Assembly (NCBI RefSeq): GCF_004010195.1
Contig: NC_057756.1
Coordinates: forward strand, 3,690,785-3,754,784
DNA length: 64,000 bases
From: Chiloscyllium plagiosum
Taxonomy: Eukaryota
Reading direction: 5' to 3'
Shown here: in pieces, positions 11,191-23,836 of the stretch
Numbering within the stretch: position 1 is the stretch's first letter
Layout of the letters: every line of letters begins with the position of its first letter
Translations under genes and position numbers: made by a program
Notes under the pieces: generated by a model
Databases searched by the model: none
Told to the model about the DNA's origin: nothing
Seen by the model: only the letters and a program-made list of their open reading frames with translations

Positions 11191-12721
11191 TTTTTAAAAA
11201 AAATGTTCTGTGCCTTGATACTCATTGATTCGCTCAGTCTCAGGAAGATACTATTGGGACATGCCTCGAGACTGACCATGAAGTCAACTTCATTCAAATG
11301 TGCAACAATCACATGAGTATGTGTTTTTGGATATCCATGTGACTGTGTGTAAGTAAGAGAAAAAGGAAAGCAGAGAGAGTTGAAAGAAAGACATGTATAG
11401 ATAATAAATAGGCTAGTTGTTAAGGAGCTCTGAAGCGAATGTGGAAGATTGGAGATTGAACAAAGCAATGGAAATACGGAAAGTCACAGACAAGAACAAA
11501 CAGTGAAGCATTTAAACAGCGAGAGACTGAAAGAGAAAGATATAATGCTGTCGATAAACAGAGAGATGGATATACCATGAAGGTAACATGGCAAGGTATG
11601 TCACAGAAAATTACTAATTGTCTTGTGAGAGAATATAACGCGAGAGAAAGATGTGTAGAGGGAAGGCCTGAGAGAAAGAAGGTGAAAGACGGCGAATGTT
11701 ATGGATATGATCTCATATTGTCAGTCAGAAGGTGACTGTCGATTGCAGACAATCAATATGAGCTACACTTATAACAACAATACTGATTTATGTAAAATTA
11801 TTCAGTTTCGAAATCATGGCGACCAGCAGCATGATAAAATAAAACACGGAATTGTGATTTGCTGAATCGTTTGACCCTTATTATTTGATTACTAAACATA
11901 CAATCATAGATTTGCGACATTTATCACATCATAACCTGAATATTCTGCATTTGGAATGCTGAAATATCTCGCTATTGAACATATAATGTGCTTTTTGCCA
12001 CTGGTTTATGCATTCTCCTACATTATAAGAGAATTTCAAACGTGATTGCCATCCTACTTAGTAGGTCCGTACTACGTTCTAAATTGCATAACTGCCCTTT
12101 ACACCATGTCTCTTAGACATTTCGATGTTCTCAGCAAATTTAGATCTGCTTGCACTATCCAAATTATTGTCATAATTTCAAATGCGAAATTTGTGGTGTA
12201 TGTACTAATTTGTGTGATAATGTTCTTGTTACATTTCCTCAGTGAAATAATCAGCTGTTATACTTAATTTGTTTTCTGGCCAGTTCGTTACCTATTCGAC
12301 AAAATTTATATGCTATGTAGTGGGTTTACATTATCACAATATTGCTTTCGGATATTTCAAGTTATGTCTGAAAATAAAACGAAAACATATTCTAAAAAAC
12401 ATTCTCAATAAAGAACGCTGGTGTGCATTAGGTTAAACAGATCTTGGAAAACTTTGAAAGAAAATTCCAAATTCTGAGACGAAGCAGGCTATGTTTATAA
12501 AGACAATATATCATTTATTGCAATGTTAATTATACAAAATTCAGGCATACTTGGTATTCAACTTGAAAGGCCATCCAGGGCCAAAACAATGATGCGACTA
12601 TTGAAGGTTCTTTTTTTCGCCGGTCAAGAATTAGAAGTATCCTGTGGATCAGACAAGTGAATACGTATCAGTCATTCTCACAATAGAATTATAAACGAGA
12701 TAAGAGAAAATCTGTTCATTT

Positions 12722-12975
12722 AGATCTGAAGGTGCCGATGTTGAACTGGGGTGTAGAAAGTTAATAATCACAGACGATTGGTTCTAGTCCAACAGGGTTA
12801 TTTGGAATCATTAGCTCTCCGAGCGCTGCTCCTTAGTCAGGTGATTGTCGAACATCAGAATGCCTTATTACCTTATATATACTCTCCAACCAACTAATGA
12901 AGGAGCAGTCCTTCAAAAGCTACTGATTGAAAATAAATCTGTTGGACTACTACATGATGATGTGTAATTTTAAAA
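12722..12975. mobile_element. Inverted pair of Penelope-like terminal repeats (palindromic non-autonomous derivative) with decayed hammerhead cores
   Basis: The left arm (about 12760-12850) is the reverse complement of the right arm (about 12885-12971): GTCCAACAG/CTGTTGGAC and CTGCTCCTT/AAGGAGCAG. The arms resemble CTGATGA-stem-GAAA. Confidence 0.7.
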
Positions 12976-13211
12976 AAAATATTGTTCATTTATATGCTAT
13001 TTATGTTTCCATTGCCACACGGCTCCGATGAACATGTTTAAATAATGAATTATGATTACGAGCCAACCAACAGCCCGTCAACTGCTGGGATATCCTTTTA
13101 GTGTGAACATAAGAATTAGGGAAGTATTAAAATTTAAAACTACATGAAAATATATCAAATTTACTGTGCACTGATACTCATTTGAGGACCAAAGGTAGGA
13201 TATCACAGATC

Positions 13212-13510
13212 GGAATGGCACGGTGGTTCAGTGGTTAGCACTGCTCCCTCACAGCGCTAGGGTCCCGGTTTCAATTTCAGCTTTGGGCAACTGCCTGTGT
13301 GGAGGTTGCACTTTCTTCCCGTGTCTATGTGGGTTTCCTCGGGATGCTCTGGTTTCCTATCACAGTCCAAAGATGTGCAGGTCAGGTGAATTGGCAATAC
13401 TAAATTGCCCATGTGTTCATCAGAGGGTATGGGTGGGTTACTCTTCAGAGAGTCGATGTGGCCTGTTGGGCCGAAGGGCCTGTTTCCACACTTTAGGGAA
13501 TCTGATGTAA
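13212..13510 (+). mobile_element. V-SINE (HE1-like)
   Basis: tRNA-like head GGCACGGTGGTTCAGTGGTTAGCACTGC and V-domain TGTGTGGAGGTTGCAC..CCCGTGTCTATGTGGGTTTCC. CR1-like 3' end TTGGGCCGAAGGGCCTGTTTCCACAC. Confidence 0.92.
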
Positions 13511-16500
13511 TTGCGAGATCATTTTATGTTTGTGAGCCATGTAAGGGATATCCCCGTATACTAAAATCGATTCATTGTTGGTGATTACATGATTCTCAGT
13601 GACAATTGTCACTTCACTGTTAAACGAGATTTTTTAAAATCATTGTGTCAGTCCAATAGGTTCTCAGGGATATATATGTACTTTGTATTGCTTTTTGTTT
13701 GCCAAAACAACACTTCATTTAAGTAAGCAGACTAAAAACGAAAATGCTTCCCTATTTCCTCAATTGAATGTCTTGTGCTCTTGCAGCTACGTTTTTGATT
13801 TAATGTCAAATATTTCCTTGTAAACGTCCGGTGAACTACATGGAAACATCCTCAATTATAACTTAACGTAGAATAAGTTGCATTTTTCTGCGAATTTTGC
13901 CTTATTATCACAAGAGAACAAAATTAAATGAACAAGTGATCAGAAGTAAAAATTCTTCAGACATTTGGATCTCCAACGATACAACATTTGTTTTTGCTTC
14001 GAAGAGGGAGTTACCTCTTCAAAGATTATAACTTCCGAATTGATTTTAAGAATTCGTTTTGTGATATTTTCTGTTTTATAACTATCAACAGGCGTACGAA
14101 GTCTACTTCATTTCGGCATATTTGGGCACTTTTGATTGAGGAGATTTGTCGTGATAATTCGTGTGACATTAGCTATGTTCATTCTTGACATTACTGAAAG
14201 TTATATTTGTGTTTTCAGCCATTGGGTTGTTTTAGATGTCAACCAGGAATGCAAATGAACCCGAAGACGTAACCTGTTTCACTTCTGCATTTACAGATCT
14301 GGTAAAGTGCAAAGGAGGTAATACATAAAATAATTGTTCTGTAATTTCATCCTTTACTTTGAATATTACAAACAATATATATTGCATGTTTTGGCTTGAG
14401 CTTTCCGAACTAGGATTGAAGTGATAACAATGGAAAATACGAAGGAATCATGTGCTATACGGAACGAAAGATGAAAGTTAATAAAAGAGTGGGAGAGCTA
14501 GAATGATAAAAATGGAGAATCAAAAGCGAAGTGACATAGAAATGATTTTAAGCAAAGCTAATAAATTCAAGGAACTTGATAAGCAAAGGCAATAAGTCTG
14601 TAGTATGAAAGAAAATGTGAGCATGTAGTTGAATAATATTCTTTCATTATACATAGCTTGAAACTTAAATCATGATGCATGGATAAATGCCAGTACTGAC
14701 CTCTGAGTCACGAATAACCATCTATTATTACTGCCCTTGTAAAAGTGAGCTTTGACAGAATACTGTTTTGAATTTCGGTGCATAATGACATTGTCAGGTT
14801 TATTTGTATTTGGTGTTATTCAATTTGTATTTTGCAGTTATCCTTCTTTTCTGAAAGTGTTCGAATCGGATCTAAATGCTGCAGTCACAAGACATTTTCG
14901 CACGGTTATTTATTGTCTTTCAGCCGCGAATGTGGGTGTGGGAGGGGTTGGGTAGTTAGTCACATAGATGAAATGCAATTGCGAAAGGAAATGTGGTAAG
15001 AACAAGTGGCTTTATTTATATTACACTGGTTCTTTTAAATTGTCTATGCATTTCAATTATCCAAGGTATTCTTAAATCTTGATAGACATTCGGTTGTAAT
15101 GGATCTATTCTTAATCACAGGGTATTCATTGAACAACCAGGAGACACAGACAAAGCGTTAGAGTATTTAATAAAGGAGCCTTGCCGATTGAAGTATCCGA
15201 GGGTTAGGCAATTAATAGATAACATTAATCTGAATACACTACTTACGAAGAGGTGAGAGATCAAGGCTTGCTTTGACAATATTGATGGGAAAAAAACTGA
15301 TGCAACATATGCTCCTCATCAGAAAAGAGACTAACATAAATTAATAAATGTGTGAGCATGGTTCCACTTGACCGTAAACTTACAAATTCCAATTAAAAAA
15401 AATGGATAATCAGTCTTTGCATTGAGTGATTAAAAAATGATGCTCAGGATAAACATTGAACACACTGAAAACATGAAGCGATGATCAGCTTACCCAGTAT
15501 CAATTTCCTCATGCAAGGTACCATATGTGTGACATGGAAAAGCGACAGCGAAGATATCCTAGTTGGTGAAAGGATACATTATCAATGCTACCACATCTTC
15601 TTTTATTAATTGGATAACATGTTATCTTCCAAAAAATTCATGGACAAAAGAATGAATAATGTGGAGCATATTTAACTAATCTCAGTGATTAAAAGAAATT
15701 GACATCTTTATTATACCTTCAGCTAGGTACAGCTGGGTCACATGACCTAATATGTAACCCAGTCATTGAAATTAATATTACGTAATTGGTTCTGGTGGAA
15801 AGAATACCTTATTCCACTTAGAACAGTTGTTGGGAAGGGGACATCTAGTTGCCAAATTCAGTGAAGAATTTCATATGGTGTCTTTTCCTTTAAGCAGATG
15901 ACATTCTTGGTGAGAGTAGTAAAAACTAAATAATCAAGTGCTTACAACAGTAACTGTGTTTAATTTCTGAAAGAGATCTGATGCTTCCTGGCAATGCTCA
16001 TATATTAATATAAATTAGCTTGTTAATACTTCTGAACAAGATCCAAAATTCTCTTTCTAAGAAAGCCCCTTTCCGTGCACTCGTTTTGAATAAAAGACAT
16101 CACCACATCTATGGAGACAAATAAATTCATTTTCGTCAAACATTCAAATTACTAACTTCATTCCAGACTACGATATTTCTGATTTCATCACACTGGTTGA
16201 GACTTGTTTAACGAATTTCCAGTCTCTCCGTTGTATCTTCAACGTTACAATACGTTGAAATATGGGAATTTGTTCCCTTCTCCTATGTTTGTGCAATCTT
16301 CCCCGAACTTACTCCGTTCAGACGACAGAAAACACGTGGTGGAATATTTCCTGTCGACAAAGCCATAAAATGGAGTTCATCATTTTATGTCCAGAGGAAC
16401 TAACATTCTGGAAAGCTAATTGATCGTCTGTTCTTCAACAAATTTCAACATGGCTCCAAGCATATCATTATAACTGCTTCTCTGAACGTCCTAGAAATTT

Positions 16501-18604
16501 CTTCCTCTGAACTTGATGCAACCCCATCTCTCTAGTATAACAGCAATTTTGTTACCAGGTGCTGGAAATGTGTAGAAATGTTGTGTTACATGCTGTTATC
16601 TACTGTAGGTTTTGAACGTAGATCTCCACATTTCTGCTTATCACACGCAGCAATATTATGCCATGAATCAATGTGGTGCTACGATTTTACGACTGTTCTC
16701 CTTTGTCAGATTAATGACACATAGTCCACCAAAATGGGTGGCCTCCTCCTAGGAAGCAGATTTGGAAACTTCACTGCCCCTCCTTCTTGCTCCTCAGCTC
16801 CCATTTCAAAAACACCTTAAATCCACAATGTTCAGCCCCTTTAAGTTCTAAAGAAGAGATATATCAAGCAGAAAATGGATGGAACTTGGAAGAGGAACAT
16901 ATTTGTTTCGCACATTTATGGTTTTCCTGTTGTTTCCACACAGATCTGTCAACGAAAATAGCAGGTAATTCAATGATTAGTTTGTTTTTTTTTCTTCTCC
17001 AGGTCTGTTTGCAACTTCACAAATTCAGGCATTTCAAATACTGTGGGTTCCCCCCCTCCCCCCCCTCCCCCCCCCCACAAGACCTAAAGAGAAGCATAAC
17101 TTTATTCTCAATACTCCATTCCATTTCCGGTGCATCTGATCAGTGAACCAACATTCAACAGAAGGAATACGATCACAGTAATGCTAATGCTGAATACATT
17201 TTTCAGATTTGCATGTCTGTCTTTTGGTGTGCTAATATTCCTTTGTGCTTTGATATTGCATTGCATGGAGAAAGGACAGTTTTTTACAAAATTTTAAAAA
17301 AAGAATTCAGAGTTCGAGTGCCAGGCAGGAGGTGAATAAGAAGACTACAGTAAAATCGTCGTGTGATATTTAAACAGCCAGGTCATTAAAATACACACAG
17401 ACTAGTATGCACACTCACATACTCACGCAAGGACACACATATATTTGCTCACACAATTTTATACTTAAATGCAAATACTTACAATTTGTTGCTTCGATGA
17501 AAAAGAAGTGAAAGGGTACAATAAAAAAAATTCCTCAAATATTTGTTTTACAGACCAAGTCAACATCAATGGCAGGAAAATAAATAAAGATACCAATTTT
17601 CCTATTTGATAATTAAATTATAATGACATTAAGATATTTTGTAATTGACTCTGTAACACAAAGCCGAGTGTTTGGCACAAAACAACGTTATCCCATAATA
17701 ATTTCCTGTCTTACTAATGTCACCAAAAGTTTGATAAAATGCATACAAAAAATTAGAGTGCATCTTGTCTAAAATTAAACTCTAGTTATTAATGAGAAGT
17801 TGAAGATTACGAAAAATGCGAGAACGATTAGACTTGAGGTCCATGGATCTCCGAAGCCTGGCCCAGCCAGAAAATAAGATGTATTTTATTTTCACATGAT
17901 TTCATGAGCTGTGTTTATGGTATTCATCACACGAGGATATTATCGCGAGATTCAATCTCTCGACATGGATAGCTTTAACTAGTGTTACACAATATCTGTA
18001 CTGGAGATCTTTCACATGCCTGCATGGACTGCTTGTGGTCCAAGCATCGTCACAGAAAATATAATAATGGGTATTCTGAAACGTTTCTTCAGTAACTCCG
18101 TTTTCCGTTCACTTTCATGATGCTTGCCAGTCAGACCAAAGACTTTGGTTTGAAATTTGATATTTTGAAATGTACTGCTTCTGTCTTGAAGTCCACCGTC
18201 TATTGGTTCTTGTCTTAAAAATACGTACAGCCATAACGAGACTTGTGGTTCTGCTATTTTTGACAGAAACCTTTAATGCAAAGCACGGTAAGTCTTTTTT
18301 CCACACATTTTACGGTGTTATTTAATGCTTATTGAAAATTGCAGAAGAATTAACTGGCTCAGCTTTAGTCTCTTGCGTTTCTCAGCAACATCTGTAATCA
18401 TTGTGAAATGTTCTTTTGTTTTGTAAAGATTCAGAATTTCATATTAAGGAGATTTAAATCTGAACTTGTTTGGAATATTCAGTTTTTATATGTTACTTGA
18501 AGATCGACATTTTAAAATTTTCTTTTCAATCTCTTTAACTGTGCTGGTACCAGTATGGAAAAGGCGCTAGATAAAAAAAAAAGATGAAAACACTGGAAGG
18601 AGTG

Positions 18605-18670
<66 letters not shown>
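18605..18670. repeat. Compound microsatellite (CTT)n(ATT)n
   Basis: A perfect CTT run directly followed by an ATT run. Confidence 0.97.
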
Positions 18671-18672
<2 letters not shown>

Positions 18673-19210
18673 TTATATTTTATTATTAATTAATATTATC
18701 ATCATGTATGTACTCGACATTGGTACCTATGCCAGAATGTATCACGCAAGCCCATATATCTTCGAAGGCACCTCAAACGACAAACCAAATTGTGTGGTTC
18801 TGAGTCACATGTCAGGAAGATGAGGAACGATTGAAGCTTTCAGCCAACATTAGTGGACAAGCTTTATTTTGGTGATAATTGACAATTGTTCCATGTATTT
18901 AAAAAAGCCAGTTTCGTTTTTGTTTCAATTTTTTGTTGAATTTAAGTTTCGCAATCTACTGTGGTGAATTTGAATAAATACTGCCGCTGACTGGAGGTCA
19001 TGAACTAGTGGTAGTATTGCTAAAAACTTATTCCATTTTCAATAATACCCTAGAAGGAAGAAAACACGACATGCTGACTCCATGTGGACTACAGGCAAAT
19101 CCTAATTCATATCAATATATTTTCCCTTCAACTGTCCTCCGTAATGATCTATAACTCATTACAGGTGTGCAAATAATCTTGCGATCTCAAGAGAGAAAAA
19201 AAACGTACAC

Positions 19211-19582
19211 CTGCAAAGAAATTCCGCTGCATTGATTTTCGTTTCCAGAAGAAAATGTCTGAAACAGCCCTGTAGACCTGCAATATTTCATTTAATAACA
19301 TTGATGGACTGGTGCAAAATTTTGAAGGCTGTCTCTCAGACTATTTAAGAAACAGCCATTTTACTCAAAATTGTATAATCACACTTGACAGACAATGCTG
19401 CAAAAAAAAAAAATCATCAGCAATCCTGGATGTGTGTGATCTTACCTGCAGGACTGACGCAGCAGAAGTGAGGGAATATTGCATTCTATCGAGAGTGATT
19501 TGCCGTGGGAAACGTTACCATTGACTCTAGACACATTAAATGCCGCTGCCTTCTGCTTAAACATTGGTAAGAAAGTCTCAAG
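19211..19582 (-). other. Candidate pair of spliced exons (19446-19582 and 19211-19277) of an unidentified gene or pseudogene
   Basis: AG acceptors at 19583-19584 and 19278-19279; donors CAG|GTAAG (19445) and CAG|GTGTAC (19210). The phases are compatible and give 68 stop-free codons (LETFLPMFKQ...QSCRSTGLFQ...GISLQ). Polypyrimidine tracts are weak and I recognise no homolog. Confidence 0.3.
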
Positions 19583-19649
19583 CTAAATATAATGCACCGT
19601 CCTCTCCCAGCTCATCGTTCAGTAAATGTTTATGGTGAAGAACACTTGC

Positions 19650-21295
19650 CAAAAGCACTGAGAATGGAAAGGCTACAAAATGTACACTGCGTGTGGTATT
19701 TCAAAGTTCATGACAACGAGTGGCTTGGCAGAAGCGCTACTGATCAAGCTGCCAGCTCCTGGAGTACAGAAGTGTTTGCAACTGTGATAAGTGTTGAGTG
19801 AACCAAGATGGGGAATGAAATAACTGCATACTAATCAGTCAATGACAACATCTATTAATACGATTCCGAACCCTGTCCACGAGGAGATTAAGTCCCAAAA
19901 TCATTACTGAGATTGCAATCCACCTCCGTTTTTATGTTTTATCAGTATGATAATTGGGACATATATGAACAGATCTAGGAACTTAACATTGAAAACACAT
20001 GAGGTGCTGTGGGCCATCATTATCAAAAACATTTTACTCTGAAATAAAATTAAAACTTATGACCTGGAATATTGACCACTCGACCACTAAAATCATGTCA
20101 TTCGATCACATAGACAGCAGAGGTGCAGGTTAGTGGGAGGAACAGGCAGATATAAAAAATAAAGTGTCAACTTGTTGATGCTACCAGCAGAATGATTGGT
20201 AAGCCAAGCAGCATACGGAAGAAGTGATTCACAAAGCCAGTCGATCTCTCAATCGACTGATCAGGTCTAAGCACTGCGGTCCTGTCACAAATCTATCCGC
20301 CAGCATGATGGGATGGCTGAACTCTTCAATAGGAAAGGTAAGGCTGACACATTCGTAGTTACGTTTGACCAGAAATGCTGAGTAGTTGAAGCTTCCTGGT
20401 GTCCTCCAATGGTCCCGAGCAACACAGCTAACAGTGTTTAGCCCATTAAATTGACTTCACTTAATATCATTAAAAACGTCCGGAAGCACCGAATACTGCA
20501 AAGGCCTTGGTCACTGACGACATTTGACAATGGTCCTGAAGAGCTGAGTTCCTTTGCGCACTGTTCCCAAACCAAGCGTTTCTAGTACTGCTGCATCACT
20601 GAGGCCTACCTAATAATGTACAATGTTATCCATATGTGAACCACAAAAAACAAAGGAGAAATAAACTTAAGCAATTACTGCCACACAGTCTATTCTCGAT
20701 TATCACGAAAGGTGTATTGAAGGTTTTATCAGCCGTGCTGTGATATCAGCCAAAGCCGACTCTGCAATAACTGACTCAGTGAAGTTCAATTTTGAATTCA
20801 CGTGAGCCACTCTGGTTCTAGCTTCATCATAGCCATGGTTCAACATCGACAAAATGTTTAAAATCCAGAAAATAGGTGAGAGTAACCTTAATGCAACATT
20901 TTACAGAGTATATCATGAGGAGGCTCTCGCAGAGCTGGAATTAATGCGGATCAGGATGCAAAATCTCCATTGGTTGGAGCTATATGTTGCACATGGAAGA
21001 TGGTTTTGGTTATTGGGGGTTGGTGATTATAGTTACAAGACAAATTTGCAGGTATTTGTCGGATTGGGCAAAACATCTTCCACTACTTCATCAATTCTCT
21101 TCCTTCCATCATAATCTCAGAATTCAATATATTCCCCAATTATTGCAAATGTTCTACACGATTCGGGACTGATCAGATCCTAAACCATTCCATGCGTAAA
21201 TGCAACATGTTCTGGACAATATGCAGGCTTCGACTGAGAAGTTGCAAATAAAATTTACATAATACAATGTCCAGGCAATACCCATTTCCAATAAA
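19650..21295 (+). mobile_element. Old, decayed LINE (CR1/L2 supergroup, a family distinct from HER1), ORF2 remnant
   Basis: LNATFYRVYHEEALAEL..NLHWLELY (20854-21114) corresponds to the RT segment D..AFDRVWH..L.KL..WL.SY. An NY.P.SL-like motif lies at about 20670-20700. Confidence 0.7.
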
Positions 21296-22385
21296 GTTAG
21301 AGTGTCATAGGTCCTACTGCGTGGAGGCAGGCCCTTTAGCCCATCTGGTCTACGCCGACCAAAATGCCCGTCCACGCTAAGCCCATTTACCTACACTTGA
21401 CCCATATAATTCTAATATTTCCTATCCATGTATTTGTCCAAAAGCCTTTTAAACGCTGTTAAGGTTGCTGCGTCAGTCACCTCTGCTGATAGGTCATTGC
21501 ATATGCATATCACCCTCTGTGTAAAAAGTTTGCACTCCGGTTCCCTTTTATTCTTTCCTCTCTAACCGTAAACTGATGTCCCCAGTCCTCAAGCCTGGGA
21601 AAAAGACTGAGTGCATTCACTTGATCCATGCTTCTCATGAGCACATAAACCTCTATAAAGTTCCGCCGCAGTCTACTTTGCTCGAAAGAAAACAAGTCCG
21701 AGCTTTGTCAACTTATATTTGTATCGCAGACCATTGACTACATTAACAACATTTCAAATTTCTTCGGCACTCATTCCAGTTTAATAACATTTTTCTATAA
21801 CAAGTTGGCAAAAGTGAACACAATACACCAAGGGTGTCTTCGCCAACGTCCGGTATAACCGCAACATAACTTCCCAACACCTTCACTCAGTGCCCCAACT
21901 GATGGAGGCCAAATTGCCAATGGCCTTCTTCTCTGCTCTGTCTAATTGTCACTCCATTTCCAGAGAACTGTGAACTTGAACTCCATGATCCCTCTTTCAC
22001 GATGAAACTGCTATCTTGATTTGACTTATCAAAATAGAAAACCTTGCCCAAATCCGTAATAAAATCCATTTGGCACTCGTTCGCTCATTCCCACCGCTTA
22101 TGAAGTTCCTCCTGCAATTTCTGTTAACCTTCCCCATTGTCCACAATTCCGCCCATTTGAGTGCCATTAGGAAGCTTACTAATCAAGCCTTGTACATTCT
22201 CATCCAAATCATTGATATAGTTAGCAAACAGTAAAGGGATCAGTACCAGATCCCAGGCATACCACTGGTCACAAACCTCCAGTCCGAAAAGCATTCTTCC
22301 ACTATTGCCCTCTGCTTCCTACCATCAAGAATATTTTATATCCAATATGCGAGGACGCCGTACATTCCATGCAACCATGCAACAT
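21296..22385 (-). mobile_element. Decayed CR1 3' fragment
   Basis: 3' UTR GGCAGGCCCTTTAGCCCATC and translation FSFEQSRLRRNFIEVY (21510-21695). Confidence 0.8.
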
Positions 22386-22389
22386 GCTG

Positions 22390-23132
22390 ACCATGCTTCC
22401 CAAGCCATCAGTTACAATTACCAGCATGTGCCCACATTAATCTAACACGTTCCCATGCATTTACCTACCCAAATTGATATTAAATATTACTATTGTACAT
22501 GTCTCAACCACTTTCTCTGGCAACTGATTCCACATAACATCCCACTTTCTGAAGATGAGGATACCCCTCAGGTCGTTTTAAATTTTCCCCTGTCACTCAT
22601 AACCGAAGCCCTCCAGTTTTCAATTCTCCACCCCTGTGGAAAAGACGATATCCTTTAATCCTGCCTCTGTCCATTATGATTGTATATACGTTAATAAGGT
22701 CAACCCTAATTCTCCCTTGTTCCAAGGAATAAAGCCATATCTTGGTCAAACTCTCCCTATAACTCCTGCCTTCGAATTTGGCAACATCCTCTTAAATCTT
22801 CATTGCACTCTTTCCAGTTTAACTATTTCTTTCCTGTAAAATTTTGATCAAAACATTAGAAAATACTCCAAGTGTAACCTCACCAATGAATTAGAAAACT
22901 GCACCATAACGGCAAAACACCTTTACTCAATGACTTTACCATTGCATTCCAGCCTGCTAAAGCCTTCATCACCACCTGTATCTATGTTACCCCACTTTCA
23001 ACGAACTGTGTGCTTGTACTCCTCAGATCCTCTGTTCCACAGCACTCCTCAAGACCTTACCAATTATTGGATAAGTCCTACCTTATTTTAACTTTCAAAG
23101 TGCAACAAATCACAGTTACCTGTATTGAATTC
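22390..23132 (-). mobile_element. Decayed CR1 3' part, interrupted by the Gypsy provirus (continues at 34792-37430)
   Basis: CR1-type sequence (GGCAACATCCTCTTAAATCTT..TGCAC, ATACTCCAAGTGT) ending in the complement of the MEFN..C.V.HF region at the LTR junction. Confidence 0.7.
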
Positions 23133-23836
23133 CGCTATGGCACAGGGTAAACCCTCCTGCATAATTTAACAAGCAGCACAGAAATCTGAAAATGCGAGAA
23201 GTCAGGAGCCATTTAAAGTAAAAGTAACAACTTTTTTTCTTGAAGTATAACAGAAAATAAATAACTAACAACTATTTACAACTCATTCCTCTAACATATC
23301 ATTTATCCTCCCTTCTATAATACGAGCCTGATAACACTCTTTGAATAAGATTTACCAAAACTTCAAGTTTTCAAAAGCAGACAGCTGTCAAGTTTTCTAC
23401 TTGGAACTTCCTGTGTGTTCTTTACTTCTTCTTAGGGATTTCTGTTTCACTGGTATGGATAGATTACAGTACATTTAAGAGACCTACTTTACGGGCATGT
23501 TGGTGTCGACATGTTGGTGGCATGGCAGTTCTCCTGTGAAATGTTCAATTTTCCCCGTTCTAATACCCCCAAAGCATCGGATTGTGTCATTGGCTTTTAA
23601 GATTGTCACTACACTAAATTGAACCTGTTTTGGAGTTTGGTAGTTTGGGAGGGTATAATTCAAACTGATTGGCCTAATTCGAATCTGTTTTTGTCTCCAC
23701 CAACCAGATATCCCAGCTAATCCAGTAGCTAAACATTATGTTACATTGATATTTGTTCAGAACATTTGGTGCTGACATATCATTCTGCTCGCTTTTCACT
23801 CTCTCAAAATTACAGTCCACCTACATCTTCATAACA
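23133..23836 (-). repeat. 3' LTR of the Gmr1-like element
   Basis: About 700 bp ending in CATCTTCATAACA, flanked by the PPT complement (TCTCCTTCTT). Alignable along its length to 34045-34791. Confidence 0.85.

Noticed and set aside
13212..13290. tRNA gene (also 44000-44073, 6312-6375, 48760-48826)
   Set aside because: The A/B boxes belong to tRNA-derived SINE heads followed by the V-domain; there is no complete cloverleaf.
18584..18823. 79-aa ORF with a poly-Leu/poly-Ile 'transmembrane' segment
   Set aside because: It is the translation of the (CTT)n(ATT)n microsatellite.
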